Of a stretch of DNA of 64,000 nucleotides, positions 47,952 to 58,722 are shown piece by piece (position 1 is the stretch's first letter; each line of letters opens with the position of its first letter). The stretch comes from Chitinophagales bacterium (GTDB lineage: Bacteria > Bacteroidota > Bacteroidia > Chitinophagales > JADIYW01): contig DATJBS010000011.1 of assembly GCA_035515235.1 (NCBI GenBank), positions 5,288-69,287 on the forward strand, read 5' to 3'. Below the pieces are notes generated by a model that did not search any database, had not been told where the DNA came from, and was given only the letters and a program-made list of their open reading frames with translations. Both the position numbers and the translations under genes were made by a program.

Positions 47952-48158
47952 ATGAATAAAGTATTATTATTGCTGTCCATGATTTATGGGATGAGCTCAG
48001 CAATGGCCTCTGAAGATAAAGTATCCGATTTTTTGATGAGTCAAAATAAATTAATAGCCGTAAATGCTATTTTATTAATGATCTTGTCAGGGATCGTTTT
48101 TTATCTTTTTACCCAAGACAGGAAAATAAAAAATATTGAAAAACAATTAAAAGATTAA
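47952..48158 (+). CDS. CcmD-like small membrane protein
   Basis: 68 aa with a single central TM segment. The call rests on its position after ccmC. Confidence 0.45.
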   Translation: MNKVLLLLSMIYGMSSAMASEDKVSDFLMSQNKLIAVNAILLMILSGIVFYLFTQDRKIKNIEKQLKD

Positions 48159-48167
48159 AGTTTAATC

Positions 48168-49577
48168 ATGAGTGAAGGTTCCTCTTTTTACCATTATGTT
48201 CAGCAATATGTTGATCATGCAGCTACTAATGTTAATTTGCCAAAAGGTGTATTAGAACAAATTAAAACTTGTAATGCAGTTTATCAAATTAATTTTCCAG
48301 TAAAAATTAATAACGAAGTACAAGTAATTGAAGCTTATCGTGTACAACATAGCCATCATAGATTACCTACAAAAGGTGGTCTAAGATTTAGCGATATGGT
48401 GGATCAAGATGAAGTCATGGCATTAGCAGGATTAATGACTTATAAATGTGCACTTGTAGATGTCCCTTTTGGAGGAGCGAAAGGTGGCGTTAAAATTAAT
48501 CCAAGAAACTATACAGTCGATCAACTTGAGAGAATTACAAGAAGATATACCTTTGAATTATTAAAGAAAGGATTTATCGGTCCCTCGGTAGACGTACCAG
48601 CTCCAGATGTTGGAACAGGTGAGCGTGAAATGAGTTGGATAGCTGATACATACATTCAATTTAATAACAATTCTATTGATGGTTGGGGATGTGTGACTGG
48701 TAAGCCAGTTTCTCAAAATGGTATTCACGGTAGGACAGAAGCTACAGGTCGTGGAATCTGTTATGGATTGATGCAAGCATGTTCTATCTCAGAAGACATG
48801 AAAGAAATCGGTCTGACTCCTGGATTACAAAATAAAAGAGTAATCATTCAAGGTTTTGGAAACGTAGGATTTAATGCTGCTTTAGTATTAGTAGAATTAG
48901 GTGCTATCGTAATCGGAATCGCTGAGTATGATGGTGGAGTATTTCATCCTGATGGTTTAGATATTTTAGATGTAAAAAAACATCAATTAGAAAACAAAAC
49001 GATCAGAAATTATACTAAAGCTCATTATTTAGAAAATTCTACTGATTTATTGGAATATGATTGTGATATCTTAATTCCTGCAGCTTTAGAAAACCAAATT
49101 ACGGTTCAAAATGCGCCGAACGTAAAAGCAAAATTAATCGGAGAAGGAGCTAACGGTCCTATTACACCTGCAGCATCTAAAATCTTAGCTCAGAAAGGAG
49201 TGATGATTATTCCTGATATTTACTTAAACGCTGGTGGTGTAACAGTTTCATATTTTGAGTGGTTGAAAAACTTATCACATGTAAGTTTTGGAAGATTGAG
49301 CAGTCGTTTTGACTCAGCACAATTCTCAAGATTAGTGAATCTAATAGAAACTAAAACAGGAAAGTCTGTAGGTGAAAAAGAAAGACAAATTTTAACTACA
49401 GGAGCTAGAGAATTAGATTTAGTTCGTGCTGGATTAGAAGACACTATGGTCACAGCTTATGAAAATATTAGAGGAGTATACAAGCGTCAAAACTTGGATA
49501 GTCTTCGTACAGCTGCATTTGTGTACGCATTAAATAGTATCGGTGAATCTTATGAAGAGTTAGGAATTTTCCCATAA
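48168..49577 (+). CDS. gdh: Glu/Leu/Phe/Val dehydrogenase family (glutamate dehydrogenase-like)
   Basis: 469 aa. VPFGGAKGGVKINP catalytic motif. IQGFGNVG dinucleotide fold. Confidence 0.85.
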   Translation: MSEGSSFYHYVQQYVDHAATNVNLPKGVLEQIKTCNAVYQINFPVKINNEVQVIEAYRVQHSHHRLPTKGGLRFSDMVDQDEVMALAGLMTYKCALVDVPFGGAKGGVKINPRNYTVDQLERITRRYTFELLKKGFIGPSVDVPAPDVGTGEREMSWIADTYIQFNNNSIDGWGCVTGKPVSQNGIHGRTEATGRGICYGLMQACSISEDMKEIGLTPGLQNKRVIIQGFGNVGFNAALVLVELGAIVIGIAEYDGGVFHPDGLDILDVKKHQLENKTIRNYTKAHYLENSTDLLEYDCDILIPAALENQITVQNAPNVKAKLIGEGANGPITPAASKILAQKGVMIIPDIYLNAGGVTVSYFEWLKNLSHVSFGRLSSRFDSAQFSRLVNLIETKTGKSVGEKERQILTTGARELDLVRAGLEDTMVTAYENIRGVYKRQNLDSLRTAAFVYALNSIGESYEELGIFP

Positions 49578-49605
49578 GGAGTTCAACTGAAAAATATTAA
49601 TTATT

Positions 49606-50127
49606 TCATGCTTCTTGCGGAACTAGTTCTTCAAGAAGCATTTTCATTTGTTGTTTAAATACAGAAAGAGAAATTTGATGTCCATTATTTGGATCCTCTA
49701 TTATTTCTACTTTTTCGAATATTTGATTCATTTTTAGCCAATCGATAGTCGTTGTAGGATGGACTGTTTCATCTTTCATTCCTAAGAAGATAGATTGTCT
49801 AGTATTGATAATAGATAAGTTTTGATGAACTAATCCTGGATCTATTTTCTGAAATGCTAAAGATGGATTAAATAACAAAGTTGGGACATTTAATTCTTGA
49901 CTTAACCAAAATGCAGTATAACCGCCCAAAGAACTTCCCACTATGAACTCTATATTGAATTCTTGAGCGAGGTGTAATAATCTTTGATAAGTATTTTTAG
50001 ATTCTTTGTAGTGAATTTTAGGTGCAATCACAGTATAGCCTAAATCTGCGATAATGGATGTTTTTTCTGCCATTGGACTGCTATCAAATCCATGGATATA
50101 TAACACACTCGGTCGATTTTGTTGCAT
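49606..50127 (-). CDS. YqiA/YcfP-type alpha/beta hydrolase
   Basis: 173 aa. VLYIHGFDSS and GSSLGG nucleophile elbow. Confidence 0.6.
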   Translation of the reverse strand: MQQNRPSVLYIHGFDSSPMAEKTSIIADLGYTVIAPKIHYKESKNTYQRLLHLAQEFNIEFIVGSSLGGYTAFWLSQELNVPTLLFNPSLAFQKIDPGLVHQNLSIINTRQSIFLGMKDETVHPTTTIDWLKMNQIFEKVEIIEDPNNGHQISLSVFKQQMKMLLEELVPQEA

Positions 50128-50132
50128 GTGGT

Positions 50133-51071
50133 CTATTTAATTCCTTTGTAATAATTAAAGATGTCTTCTAAAGATTTTTTAGGTTTAAAATCGAAGGTCT
50201 TGTTAAATAAATTGCCATCAATAATCACAGGATACCTATAGTAATTCAGTAAAAAAGGAGGGAAGATATCCCATTTTAAAAATTTGCTTACAGATTCAGT
50301 GAGAGAAGTAGGTACAGAAGGAATTTGTATCAATTTACAATCAGATTTCTTTACTGCATCTTGAAATCCTATATAATCTGAAGGTGCTACATTATATAAT
50401 CCTGGAACATTTTTTTTGAAAGATTGACAAATAGCATCTCTCATATCATCAATATGGATGAATTGCATCAAAGGAGAAAATCCCCAAAGTACAGGAGCTG
50501 TTTTAGAAGCTAGTAATTTTGAAAAAGTATTTCTTACGCCTGGACCAGCAATATTACAAGGCCTTAAAATTGTAATATTAAGCTCAGGATGTTTGTATAA
50601 ATAAATATTTGCAAGGTTATCTAACTCTACAGAGTCGACCATATCCATGGTTAAATCTGCTGCTTTAATAGGAGTTTTTTCATCTAATAATGAAGGATTG
50701 TAAGGACTTGCACCGTAGACAAAATAAGTAGACATGACGATGATTCTCGGCACTTCATATTTCTTACATAAGTCAAACATCTTTTGAGTACCTACAACAT
50801 TGGCATTATACCTCGTAAATCTATTGGACTCACTAGCAGTAATTCTTCCTAAATGAATAACGCCATCAATTTTATGTTCGCGAAAAATATCTTCAAAAAT
50901 TCTTTTGTTGAAATCTACTTTATAGCTTTCTACAGGAATCCCTAAGTCTACTTTCTTTCTAAAATCTACTGCTATAATTTTATAATCCTTCTTAAGTTTA
51001 TCTATTACTTTTTTGGCTAAAGCACCTGCAGCGCCTGTTACCATAATTTTTTTCTTTTCTGATGCTATCAT
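50133..51071 (-). CDS. NAD-dependent epimerase/dehydratase (SDR) family protein
   Basis: 312 aa. VTGAAGALAKKV glycine-rich motif. Confidence 0.75.
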   Translation of the reverse strand: MIASEKKKIMVTGAAGALAKKVIDKLKKDYKIIAVDFRKKVDLGIPVESYKVDFNKRIFEDIFREHKIDGVIHLGRITASESNRFTRYNANVVGTQKMFDLCKKYEVPRIIVMSTYFVYGASPYNPSLLDEKTPIKAADLTMDMVDSVELDNLANIYLYKHPELNITILRPCNIAGPGVRNTFSKLLASKTAPVLWGFSPLMQFIHIDDMRDAICQSFKKNVPGLYNVAPSDYIGFQDAVKKSDCKLIQIPSVPTSLTESVSKFLKWDIFPPFLLNYYRYPVIIDGNLFNKTFDFKPKKSLEDIFNYYKGIK

Positions 51072-51073
51072 TT

Positions 51074-51895
51074 TTAGAATATTGAGGTGCGTTTAGATAA
51101 TCCTAAATCTATAAAATTTTTAATTTCATTTTTAATAATGTTGACTCTAGCTTTTACTTCATATTCACTTTCAATATCATTTTCAAAATGCAAAGGCTTG
51201 CCTATATGAATATATACTTTTGTAGGAAATATTGCTGGAATGGCAATAGGTGCATATGGTATTCCTAAGAACTTTGCTAAAGGTTTAATATTTGCAAAAG
51301 AAATTATGGATTCTTCTAAACCTACAATTCCTACAGGAATAATAGGAGTCTCATGTTTCATAGCTAGATGCATAAAGCCGTTTCCAAATCTTTGAAGCTG
51401 ATATCTGTCTTTATATAATTTGCCAGAACCTCTTACTCCTTCAGGGAATACAATAATAGCTTCATCATTTTCTAATAATTTCGCACAATTGTATGGATCG
51501 CCAATAATTGATCCGAGACTACTCAACCAATTTCCTACGAAAGGTATAGTTGGAAAAAACCTTTCTACCATAGCTTTTGGAACTCTCGGTGCGATAGGAT
51601 TAGTCAGCATAGCATAACCTAACAACATTCCATCGATAGGTAATTGACCGCTGTGATTAGGAATCACTAATACTCTACCTTTTTTTGGTATATTTTCAAG
51701 ACCAGTAACTTCAACTCTGAAATATTTTGTATATAAATATTTAGCTAGTCCTAAAGTGCTTTTAATCCCACTAATATTTAATCCCCATGGATCATAACCA
51801 GATGAACCTATATTATTTGGAAATAGCTCAATATACTTTTCAAAATCATCAGATTCTAAAAAGTTTTGCAGAAAATTGTTCTTTTTGTTAGGCAT
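51074..51895 (-). CDS. lysophospholipid (1-acyl-glycerol-3-phosphate-type) acyltransferase
   Basis: 273 aa. IPNHSGQLPIDG and VFPEGVRG motifs. Confidence 0.75.
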   Translation of the reverse strand: MPNKKNNFLQNFLESDDFEKYIELFPNNIGSSGYDPWGLNISGIKSTLGLAKYLYTKYFRVEVTGLENIPKKGRVLVIPNHSGQLPIDGMLLGYAMLTNPIAPRVPKAMVERFFPTIPFVGNWLSSLGSIIGDPYNCAKLLENDEAIIVFPEGVRGSGKLYKDRYQLQRFGNGFMHLAMKHETPIIPVGIVGLEESIISFANIKPLAKFLGIPYAPIAIPAIFPTKVYIHIGKPLHFENDIESEYEVKARVNIIKNEIKNFIDLGLSKRTSIF

Positions 51896-51999
51896 ATTAT
51901 ATAATACTAAAATTAGTTATTTTTTTTTGAGTTCAATAATTGTTTTACGCTTATTAAGAGAAAATTTTTATCACTATATTTGGTGAGCAACTTAAAGTT

Positions 52000-52926
52000 A
52001 TGTTTAGAAAAAGTATAGTATTTGTATTAGTTTCAATAATGTTTGGAAGTGTTTTTATCAGTTGTGATAAAGATGCTCCATTAGTTGAGCAGACTCCAAA
52101 AGACACTGATGACCCAAAAGATCCTGATCCAGTCGATACTCTTATGAAATGTAATGGGTTTGCTGAACTGTGTAATAAAAGACTAGACGAAGTGACTACT
52201 TTGATGACTCATAACGCTTTTAATAATAGTCAGAAAAACTTTGTCGTACCCAATCAAGATTTCTCTATCACACGACAATTAACAGAAGGTGTGAGAGGAT
52301 TAATGCTAGACGTATATTCTACTCCAAATGGTCCTGCTCTATATCACGGGTATCCACAATTTGGCAAAGAGCCTTTGCTATCCGCCATGAGAGATATCAA
52401 GAACTTTCTAATCAAAAATCCTAGTGAAGTGATCTCTATTATTTTTGAAAATTATTGTACCCACGCAGAGCTTCTTCAAGTCATGGATACCTTGGAAATA
52501 AGAGACATGATCTATCTCCACAATGGAACATGGCCTACATTGAAGGAAATGATTTCTTCCAATAAGAGACTAGTAATGATGGTTGAATTTGAGAATGAAA
52601 CTTTGCCAAAGGAACTATTATATGCTTGGCAATACACTTTTGACAGTCGATTTGAATTTAAAAACTTCGAAGAGATGGATTGTAGTGTGAATAGAGGTGG
52701 AGCTAGACTTAAAACATTTTATTTACTCAATCATTGGGTATCCAACAATTTAGGTTTGCCAGATAAAAGCAGAGCTAAAAAAGCTAATAGTTGGGAAATT
52801 CTAGGTGAAAGGGTGAAGAATTGCGGTGAAGAACAACAAAGAAAAATCAATTTTTTAGGTGTGGATTTTTACAATCTTGGAGATGCTCTCGCAATAGTCG
52901 ACAGTTTGAATGGAGTGAAGAGATAA
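52000..52926 (+). CDS. PLC-like phosphodiesterase (PI-PLC X-domain-like) lipoprotein
   Basis: 308 aa. Lipobox FISCD. LMTHNAFNN...RGLMLDVY pattern. Confidence 0.55.
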   Translation: MFRKSIVFVLVSIMFGSVFISCDKDAPLVEQTPKDTDDPKDPDPVDTLMKCNGFAELCNKRLDEVTTLMTHNAFNNSQKNFVVPNQDFSITRQLTEGVRGLMLDVYSTPNGPALYHGYPQFGKEPLLSAMRDIKNFLIKNPSEVISIIFENYCTHAELLQVMDTLEIRDMIYLHNGTWPTLKEMISSNKRLVMMVEFENETLPKELLYAWQYTFDSRFEFKNFEEMDCSVNRGGARLKTFYLLNHWVSNNLGLPDKSRAKKANSWEILGERVKNCGEEQQRKINFLGVDFYNLGDALAIVDSLNGVKR

Positions 52927-53007
52927 ATAGCTACAACTATTTAGCACTTCGTTGACAATTGATTTAACTGTTTTTATTTTGTACTACTTTCAAAGTTTTG
53001 TTTCTTT

Positions 53008-56000
53008 ATGATTATGAGGAAATACATACTTTTACTATTACTTTTTATTACACCTATAAGTGTATTCTCACAATTTAATCCAATTGCACACGAGTTAAAT
53101 AAAGAACCCTATTTTTTTAGTAGTTGGAATTCTGATGCTCCAGCAGGTACATTTCCTGAGAGCATGTATTTTCTTCAATATCAAGGAGACGATGAGCCAG
53201 ATAAAAATACGATAGTTGGTCAATTATGGCAATGTGCTTATAATAGTGACAGTAGATCCAGGTATGTAGGATTAGGTCTAAATGGAATAGGTATTGTAAA
53301 TTCAGGAAGTGTTCAAGATACAGAAGATAGATGTGGGAATGAATCTTTCAGAGGAGCAAAAGTTGGTGTTGTAGTTTTAGCTTTAAATACTTCTAATATG
53401 GAAGAAATTGAGCTTTCATGGAAAATTAGATTAATAGAGCAGGGCAACGGAAATCCTTTGCCAAGAGCATACAGAATTCAAGCACAATATAGAAGTGACA
53501 CTTCTGAATCATGGAGCGATTTTCCTTCATCAATTTCATATTCCACACAAGGAAAAATTACAGGAGATGTTCAAAATGTAAAGGTATTTCTGCCCAAGCA
53601 ATTAGAGAATAAAGAATATGTACAAGTAAGATGGAAATATTATCAAGATGAAGCTAATCAGGGAGGAACTCGACCATTTATAGCATTAGATGACATTAAA
53701 GTGGTGGGTATAAATTCTATTACACCTAATCTCCCTTTTGTATTTATTGAAAATGAAAATTTAGAAACATTTGGATGTATTGAAGGGGATTTTTCAGAAG
53801 TAGATTCGATAGTTATCTCAGCGGCTTTTTTAAGAGATAATTTAGAAATAGCAATTGGAGGAAATTTTTACATATCGCTAAGTAAAATAGATGGATATAC
53901 TCAGAAATTGAATTTGATTAATAAAGATGGAGTAGTCTCAGAATCAACAATTTATATTAAAAAGAAGTGCAATGATATTTCTAGAGAAATAGAAAAACTT
54001 TATTTTCGTTCAAAATTACTAAATAAAAATATTTCTTTAATAGGTGAAGGTTATTATAAGCTTTTTATAAATGAAGTTGTAGCCTCTAATTTTATATCAT
54101 ATTACGATCCTTACACAAAAGATTATCCAGATTGGATAGAAATTTATAATCCTAATGGTGATAATATCCAATTAGGAAATTACTTTTTAACAGATGATAT
54201 CAATGATTTAACTAAGTTTAAAATTGGAGTTAGATCAATAAATATAATTTCAAACAAAGGTTTTGTTGTTTATTCTGCCAATAATGTTATTGGATACTCA
54301 GGAAGAGATTTAAACTTTTCATTATCTAAATATGGAGGAAGTGTTTTATTAGTTGGAAAAAATGGAAAAACAATAATTGATAGTTTGACATATGGTAATC
54401 TAGAAGCAGATATTTCATATGGTAGAGAATTGGACGGCAGTAATACATTCGTGAATTTTAAAACAACAACGCCAGGAGAATCTAATTCAAAGTCAATACC
54501 GTATGGTGAAAAATCTGAGAATCCAGTTTTTTCAGTAATTGGAGGAAAATATGATCAACCATTTGCATTAGGAATTAATGCATCTTCTCCCAACGCTAAA
54601 ATATATTATACAATAGATGGTTCTGACCCTAATCCTGATAATTTAGGAGGATTTGTTTATGAATATAAAATAGATTATCAATATCGAGGAGCAGGATTTA
54701 TAGGTGATTCCTATTTTCGACCTTATCGTTCTTATTTGTTCTTAGAATCTATTGATTTAGGAAGATACATGGATAAGCTTTTTTGGATAAGTGATATTAC
54801 AGCCTCGTATCAGACTTCTATTATAAGACAAAAGAGGCCACCAGCTGTTACAGTCAGAGCATTAGTAATAGAAGAAGGAAAGGAGCCAAGTGATATAATA
54901 TCTAATACTTATTTCTTTTCAAATGATGATCCCGTTAAAGATGAATTACCTATTATATCTTTGACTTTGAATGAAAATCAGCTAAAAGGTTTTTATGAAG
55001 GCATTGGTGTGCCAGGTGTGGATTATGAAACTTGGAGATATACCTCACCTATATTAACAAATATGTTTTCTCCTGCTAATTATAGACGTTCAGGAAGACC
55101 TGCTGAAATTCCATCTAATATCGAAGTCTTTGAAAATGGCAAACAAGTATTAAATCAATCAGTAGGATTAAGAATTCATGGCGGAGGAACAAGGAGTGCC
55201 CCTCATAAAAGTTTCCGTATATATGCTAGAAATTTTTACGGAAAGGATGTAATGACGTATCCATTTTTTAAAAATCTTCCTTATGAAGATTTTCAAAGAT
55301 TGATTTTACGTAATTCAGGAAATGATTTTAGTGGCACCTTTTTTAAAGATGCTTTTATTCAAAGATTAATGAAGTTCAATAACGTAGATTATCAGGAATA
55401 TACGCCTTATAATATTTATATTAATGGAGAATATTGGGGGCTATTAAATGCAAGAGAAAGAATTGATATTAAATACTTTCAAAGAAAATATGGTTTTAAT
55501 GAATCAGATATTGATTTTTTAGAAAATAATAAAAGAGTAATAGAAGGTGATACATTACATTATGCAAGTTTTCTAAGAAATCTTTCAAATATTGATTTGA
55601 CTTCTGAAGAATCCTATAATTATGTCGATACGATAATAGATATTGATAATTATATTGACTATCAATCATCTAAAATATATGTAGGAGTTATAGATTGGCC
55701 TCATAATAATGTTCGTTATTGGAGATATAAAATCAATCAATACAAACCCAAGTCTCCTTACGGATTAGACGGAAGATGGAGATGGGTGAATATTGACAAT
55801 GATAGCGGATTAAACAAAGGGGAAGAAGATTTGAATTCTTTTGACTGGGCTTTGTCTCCTACAGGAAACGATAGAGGTGAAAATGCAACATTCTTATTTA
55901 GATCACTTATTGAAAATCCAAAATTTAAAATTCAATTTCTTACTAGATTTTCAGATTTACTCAATACTGCATTTCTTCCAAAACGTGTTATAGGAGAAAT

Positions 56001-57567
56001 TTCTTACTATAAGAATTTATTAGAGCATGATATGATCAACTATCTCAATAGATGGAATATCAATAGTCGTGACATCAATATATGGTATAATAAGGTAAAA
56101 GTATTAGAAGATTTTGCAACTGTAAGACCTAACAATTGTATAAATCACATGAGAAAAACATTCAATCTAGGTGAAACAGCAGAAGTGACTTTGGATGTAG
56201 ATGATATCAACAAAGGCCATATTAAAATAAATACTATAGAAATCAACAGAAATACTCCTGGTGTGGATACCATTAATGTTTATCAATGGAAAGGAATTTA
56301 TTTTAAAAATTTACCTATTTCTTTTGTTCCAATACCACAAGATGGTTACAAATTTTCTCGTTGGGAAACCACAGACAGTACATCTTATATTGATACGCTC
56401 AAATTTGATTTAAAGAAAAATCTTTTTGTAAAAGCATATTTTGAAATTGACGACAATTACATTTACAATCCTGTAGCAGCTAAAATTGATGATTGTCCTT
56501 ATGAGTTTTCTGAATGGGCTAGTCAGCAAACAAAAGGTGCTAAGCCGGAGCATATGCAGTTTTATTATACGAGATATCCTGATTCTAAATCTAATGGTCC
56601 ATTAGAAGGAACTTTAGAAGATATTGAATATGATTATGATTCTAAAACAAGAATTAGTGGTTTAGGTAGTTTGGGAATTTCATTAATCAATACAGCGGGT
56701 GCCAACGATAATTATTACCAAACGAGACTTGGAGCTGTCGCAGTTGCAGTAAGTACTAAAGATATTAGTGGAGCAGAAGTGTCTTTCACATTAGGGACTA
56801 TTCATCCACAGTCAAAAAAGTATAGTATTAGATTACAATACAGATTAAGTGATAAAGGAGAAGTCTCTGACTTTTATGATAATAATAATCAATTAATAGA
56901 ATACAAAGGGAGCTATGATGCAGAGCATGAACAAAGATTTAAAGTAGACTTTCCTAAAAATTTATTAGATAAAAAGTATGTTCAGTTAATATGGAGATAT
57001 TACTATAATGGAGAGCAAGTGGACATGGGCTCGAATGCTAGAGACGAATTGAGAATTGATGATATTATCATTCAACAAAAAGATATTGTAGATAATCAGT
57101 CGAAAGGAGATTATAATAATATTTTAGTAGCAAATCCTAATAGTCAATCTTTTCAGTGGTATAAGTGTGTCAATGATAATTTGGTGATTTTAGAAAATGA
57201 GACTAAGCAACAACTAAATATTAGTCAACCGGGCGAATATGCAATTGCTGTAGATTATGGAAATTGTAAACATATTTCTGATTGTTCTTATTTTTTTGTT
57301 AAAGAGTTGAAGCATTTTGCTCCAAGTATTTATAGTAGTGTTTTACCAAATCCTAGCAATGGTAATTTTGACTTGACTTTTGATGAAAGCTTGACTGATG
57401 TTAGAATTGTAGTATTGGATGCCCTCGGAAAAGTATATGAAACCAAAGCATTTAAAGAAGTTAAGAATGTTCGCTTTGATGCTACCAAATGGTCTAAAGG
57501 AGTTTATATTTTGAATATATCTACTTCAGATGGTAGAAAAGACAGTCGAAAAATAGTGATTCAGTAA
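53008..57567 (+). CDS. CotH-family protein with lamin-tail-like domain and T9SS C-terminal sorting domain
   Basis: 1519 aa. LILRNSGNDFSGTFFKDAFIQRLM and GEYWGLLNARERID form the CotH core. The C-terminus is VLPNPSNGNFDLTF...GVYILNI. Confidence 0.75.
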   Translation: MIMRKYILLLLLFITPISVFSQFNPIAHELNKEPYFFSSWNSDAPAGTFPESMYFLQYQGDDEPDKNTIVGQLWQCAYNSDSRSRYVGLGLNGIGIVNSGSVQDTEDRCGNESFRGAKVGVVVLALNTSNMEEIELSWKIRLIEQGNGNPLPRAYRIQAQYRSDTSESWSDFPSSISYSTQGKITGDVQNVKVFLPKQLENKEYVQVRWKYYQDEANQGGTRPFIALDDIKVVGINSITPNLPFVFIENENLETFGCIEGDFSEVDSIVISAAFLRDNLEIAIGGNFYISLSKIDGYTQKLNLINKDGVVSESTIYIKKKCNDISREIEKLYFRSKLLNKNISLIGEGYYKLFINEVVASNFISYYDPYTKDYPDWIEIYNPNGDNIQLGNYFLTDDINDLTKFKIGVRSINIISNKGFVVYSANNVIGYSGRDLNFSLSKYGGSVLLVGKNGKTIIDSLTYGNLEADISYGRELDGSNTFVNFKTTTPGESNSKSIPYGEKSENPVFSVIGGKYDQPFALGINASSPNAKIYYTIDGSDPNPDNLGGFVYEYKIDYQYRGAGFIGDSYFRPYRSYLFLESIDLGRYMDKLFWISDITASYQTSIIRQKRPPAVTVRALVIEEGKEPSDIISNTYFFSNDDPVKDELPIISLTLNENQLKGFYEGIGVPGVDYETWRYTSPILTNMFSPANYRRSGRPAEIPSNIEVFENGKQVLNQSVGLRIHGGGTRSAPHKSFRIYARNFYGKDVMTYPFFKNLPYEDFQRLILRNSGNDFSGTFFKDAFIQRLMKFNNVDYQEYTPYNIYINGEYWGLLNARERIDIKYFQRKYGFNESDIDFLENNKRVIEGDTLHYASFLRNLSNIDLTSEESYNYVDTIIDIDNYIDYQSSKIYVGVIDWPHNNVRYWRYKINQYKPKSPYGLDGRWRWVNIDNDSGLNKGEEDLNSFDWALSPTGNDRGENATFLFRSLIENPKFKIQFLTRFSDLLNTAFLPKRVIGEISYYKNLLEHDMINYLNRWNINSRDINIWYNKVKVLEDFATVRPNNCINHMRKTFNLGETAEVTLDVDDINKGHIKINTIEINRNTPGVDTINVYQWKGIYFKNLPISFVPIPQDGYKFSRWETTDSTSYIDTLKFDLKKNLFVKAYFEIDDNYIYNPVAAKIDDCPYEFSEWASQQTKGAKPEHMQFYYTRYPDSKSNGPLEGTLEDIEYDYDSKTRISGLGSLGISLINTAGANDNYYQTRLGAVAVAVSTKDISGAEVSFTLGTIHPQSKKYSIRLQYRLSDKGEVSDFYDNNNQLIEYKGSYDAEHEQRFKVDFPKNLLDKKYVQLIWRYYYNGEQVDMGSNARDELRIDDIIIQQKDIVDNQSKGDYNNILVANPNSQSFQWYKCVNDNLVILENETKQQLNISQPGEYAIAVDYGNCKHISDCSYFFVKELKHFAPSIYSSVLPNPSNGNFDLTFDESLTDVRIVVLDALGKVYETKAFKEVKNVRFDATKWSKGVYILNISTSDGRKDSRKIVIQ

Positions 57568-57599
57568 TTGACTTTATGATTTTCTCGTAGATTTATAGA

Positions 57600-58496
57600 A
57601 TGTATATACCTGCAAATTTAAAACCTGGAGATACTATAGGTATTGTCTGTACAGCTAGAAAAATTGACTTAGAATCGATACAATTTGCAATTCGTTTTTT
57701 TGAAAATGCAGGCTTCAAAGTTTTGATTGGCGATACCATAGGCGCAGAATATTTTCAGTATGCAGGAGATGATAGTTTTCGTAGAAAGGATTTGCAAAAA
57801 ATGCTAGATAATCCTAAAGTAAAAGCTATCATTTCTGGAAGAGGTGGCTACGGAACCGTAAGAATTATTGATGATATTTATTACGGAAATTATTTAGAAC
57901 AACCTAAATGGATCATTGGGTATTCAGATATTACTGCTTTGCATAGTCATTTAAATCATGTCATGGGTATTGGAACTTTACATGCTACTATGCCTATTAA
58001 CTTTACAAAAAATACAGACTCTTCACTTCAATCTCTTTTAGATGCTTTGACCGGCAAGCCACTGAGATATACTGTTGATCCACACCCTCTGAATAGATTA
58101 GGAAGCACATCAGGAGAAATTATTGGTGGTAATCTATCTATTCTTTACAGTTTGTTAGGAACAAAAACTCTTTTACATACAGCAAACAAGATTCTGTTTT
58201 TAGAAGATTTGGATGAATATTTATATCATATCGATAGAATGATGATAGCGCTCAAAAGAGCAGGAAAATTAAATCAACTAGCAGGAATTATAGTAGGTGG
58301 AATGTCCGATATGAATGACAATACAATTCCATACGGAAAATCTGCTGAAGAGATTATTTTAGAGCATGTACAGGAGTATGATTATCCTGTTTGTTTTGGT
58401 TTTCCTGCAGGGCATATCGACGACAATAGAGCTTTGAAATTAGGTGCAATAGCTCAGTTGAATATTACCGAAAGAGGTGTGGAGTTTAGTCAGTAA
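57600..58496 (+). CDS. ldcA: LD-carboxypeptidase (peptidase S66)
   Basis: 298 aa. IIGYSDITALH nucleophile motif and FGFPAGH. Confidence 0.85.
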   Translation: MYIPANLKPGDTIGIVCTARKIDLESIQFAIRFFENAGFKVLIGDTIGAEYFQYAGDDSFRRKDLQKMLDNPKVKAIISGRGGYGTVRIIDDIYYGNYLEQPKWIIGYSDITALHSHLNHVMGIGTLHATMPINFTKNTDSSLQSLLDALTGKPLRYTVDPHPLNRLGSTSGEIIGGNLSILYSLLGTKTLLHTANKILFLEDLDEYLYHIDRMMIALKRAGKLNQLAGIIVGGMSDMNDNTIPYGKSAEEIILEHVQEYDYPVCFGFPAGHIDDNRALKLGAIAQLNITERGVEFSQ

Positions 58497-58722
58497 AGGA
58501 CTTTCTGTTTTTAAGTAATGGTTTAAGTAAAAACTCTATACCATTCATTTTGATGACATATATTGTTTCTAATAACATACCCAATTGTCCTTTAGGGAAT
58601 CCGTCGTTATTTCTCATCCATTCTAAATAAGAGATTGGGATTTGATAGATAAATTTATCTTTATGCTTTCCAAAAGGCATTTTTGTTTCTATAACTAGTA
58701 ACAAAATCTTAGGGTCAACCAT
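58486..58722 (-). CDS. DUF3820-family protein
   Basis: 78 aa. MPFGKHKDKFIYQIPISYLEWM. Confidence 0.6.
   Translation of the reverse strand: MVDPKILLLVIETKMPFGKHKDKFIYQIPISYLEWMRNNDGFPKGQLGMLLETIYVIKMNGIEFLLKPLLKNRKSFTD

Noticed and set aside
46590-48158. ccmB-ccmC-ccmD-like genes without ccmA/E/F/H as an anomalous partial System I
   Set aside because: The missing components may simply lie elsewhere in the genome. Nothing in the sequence itself is unusual.
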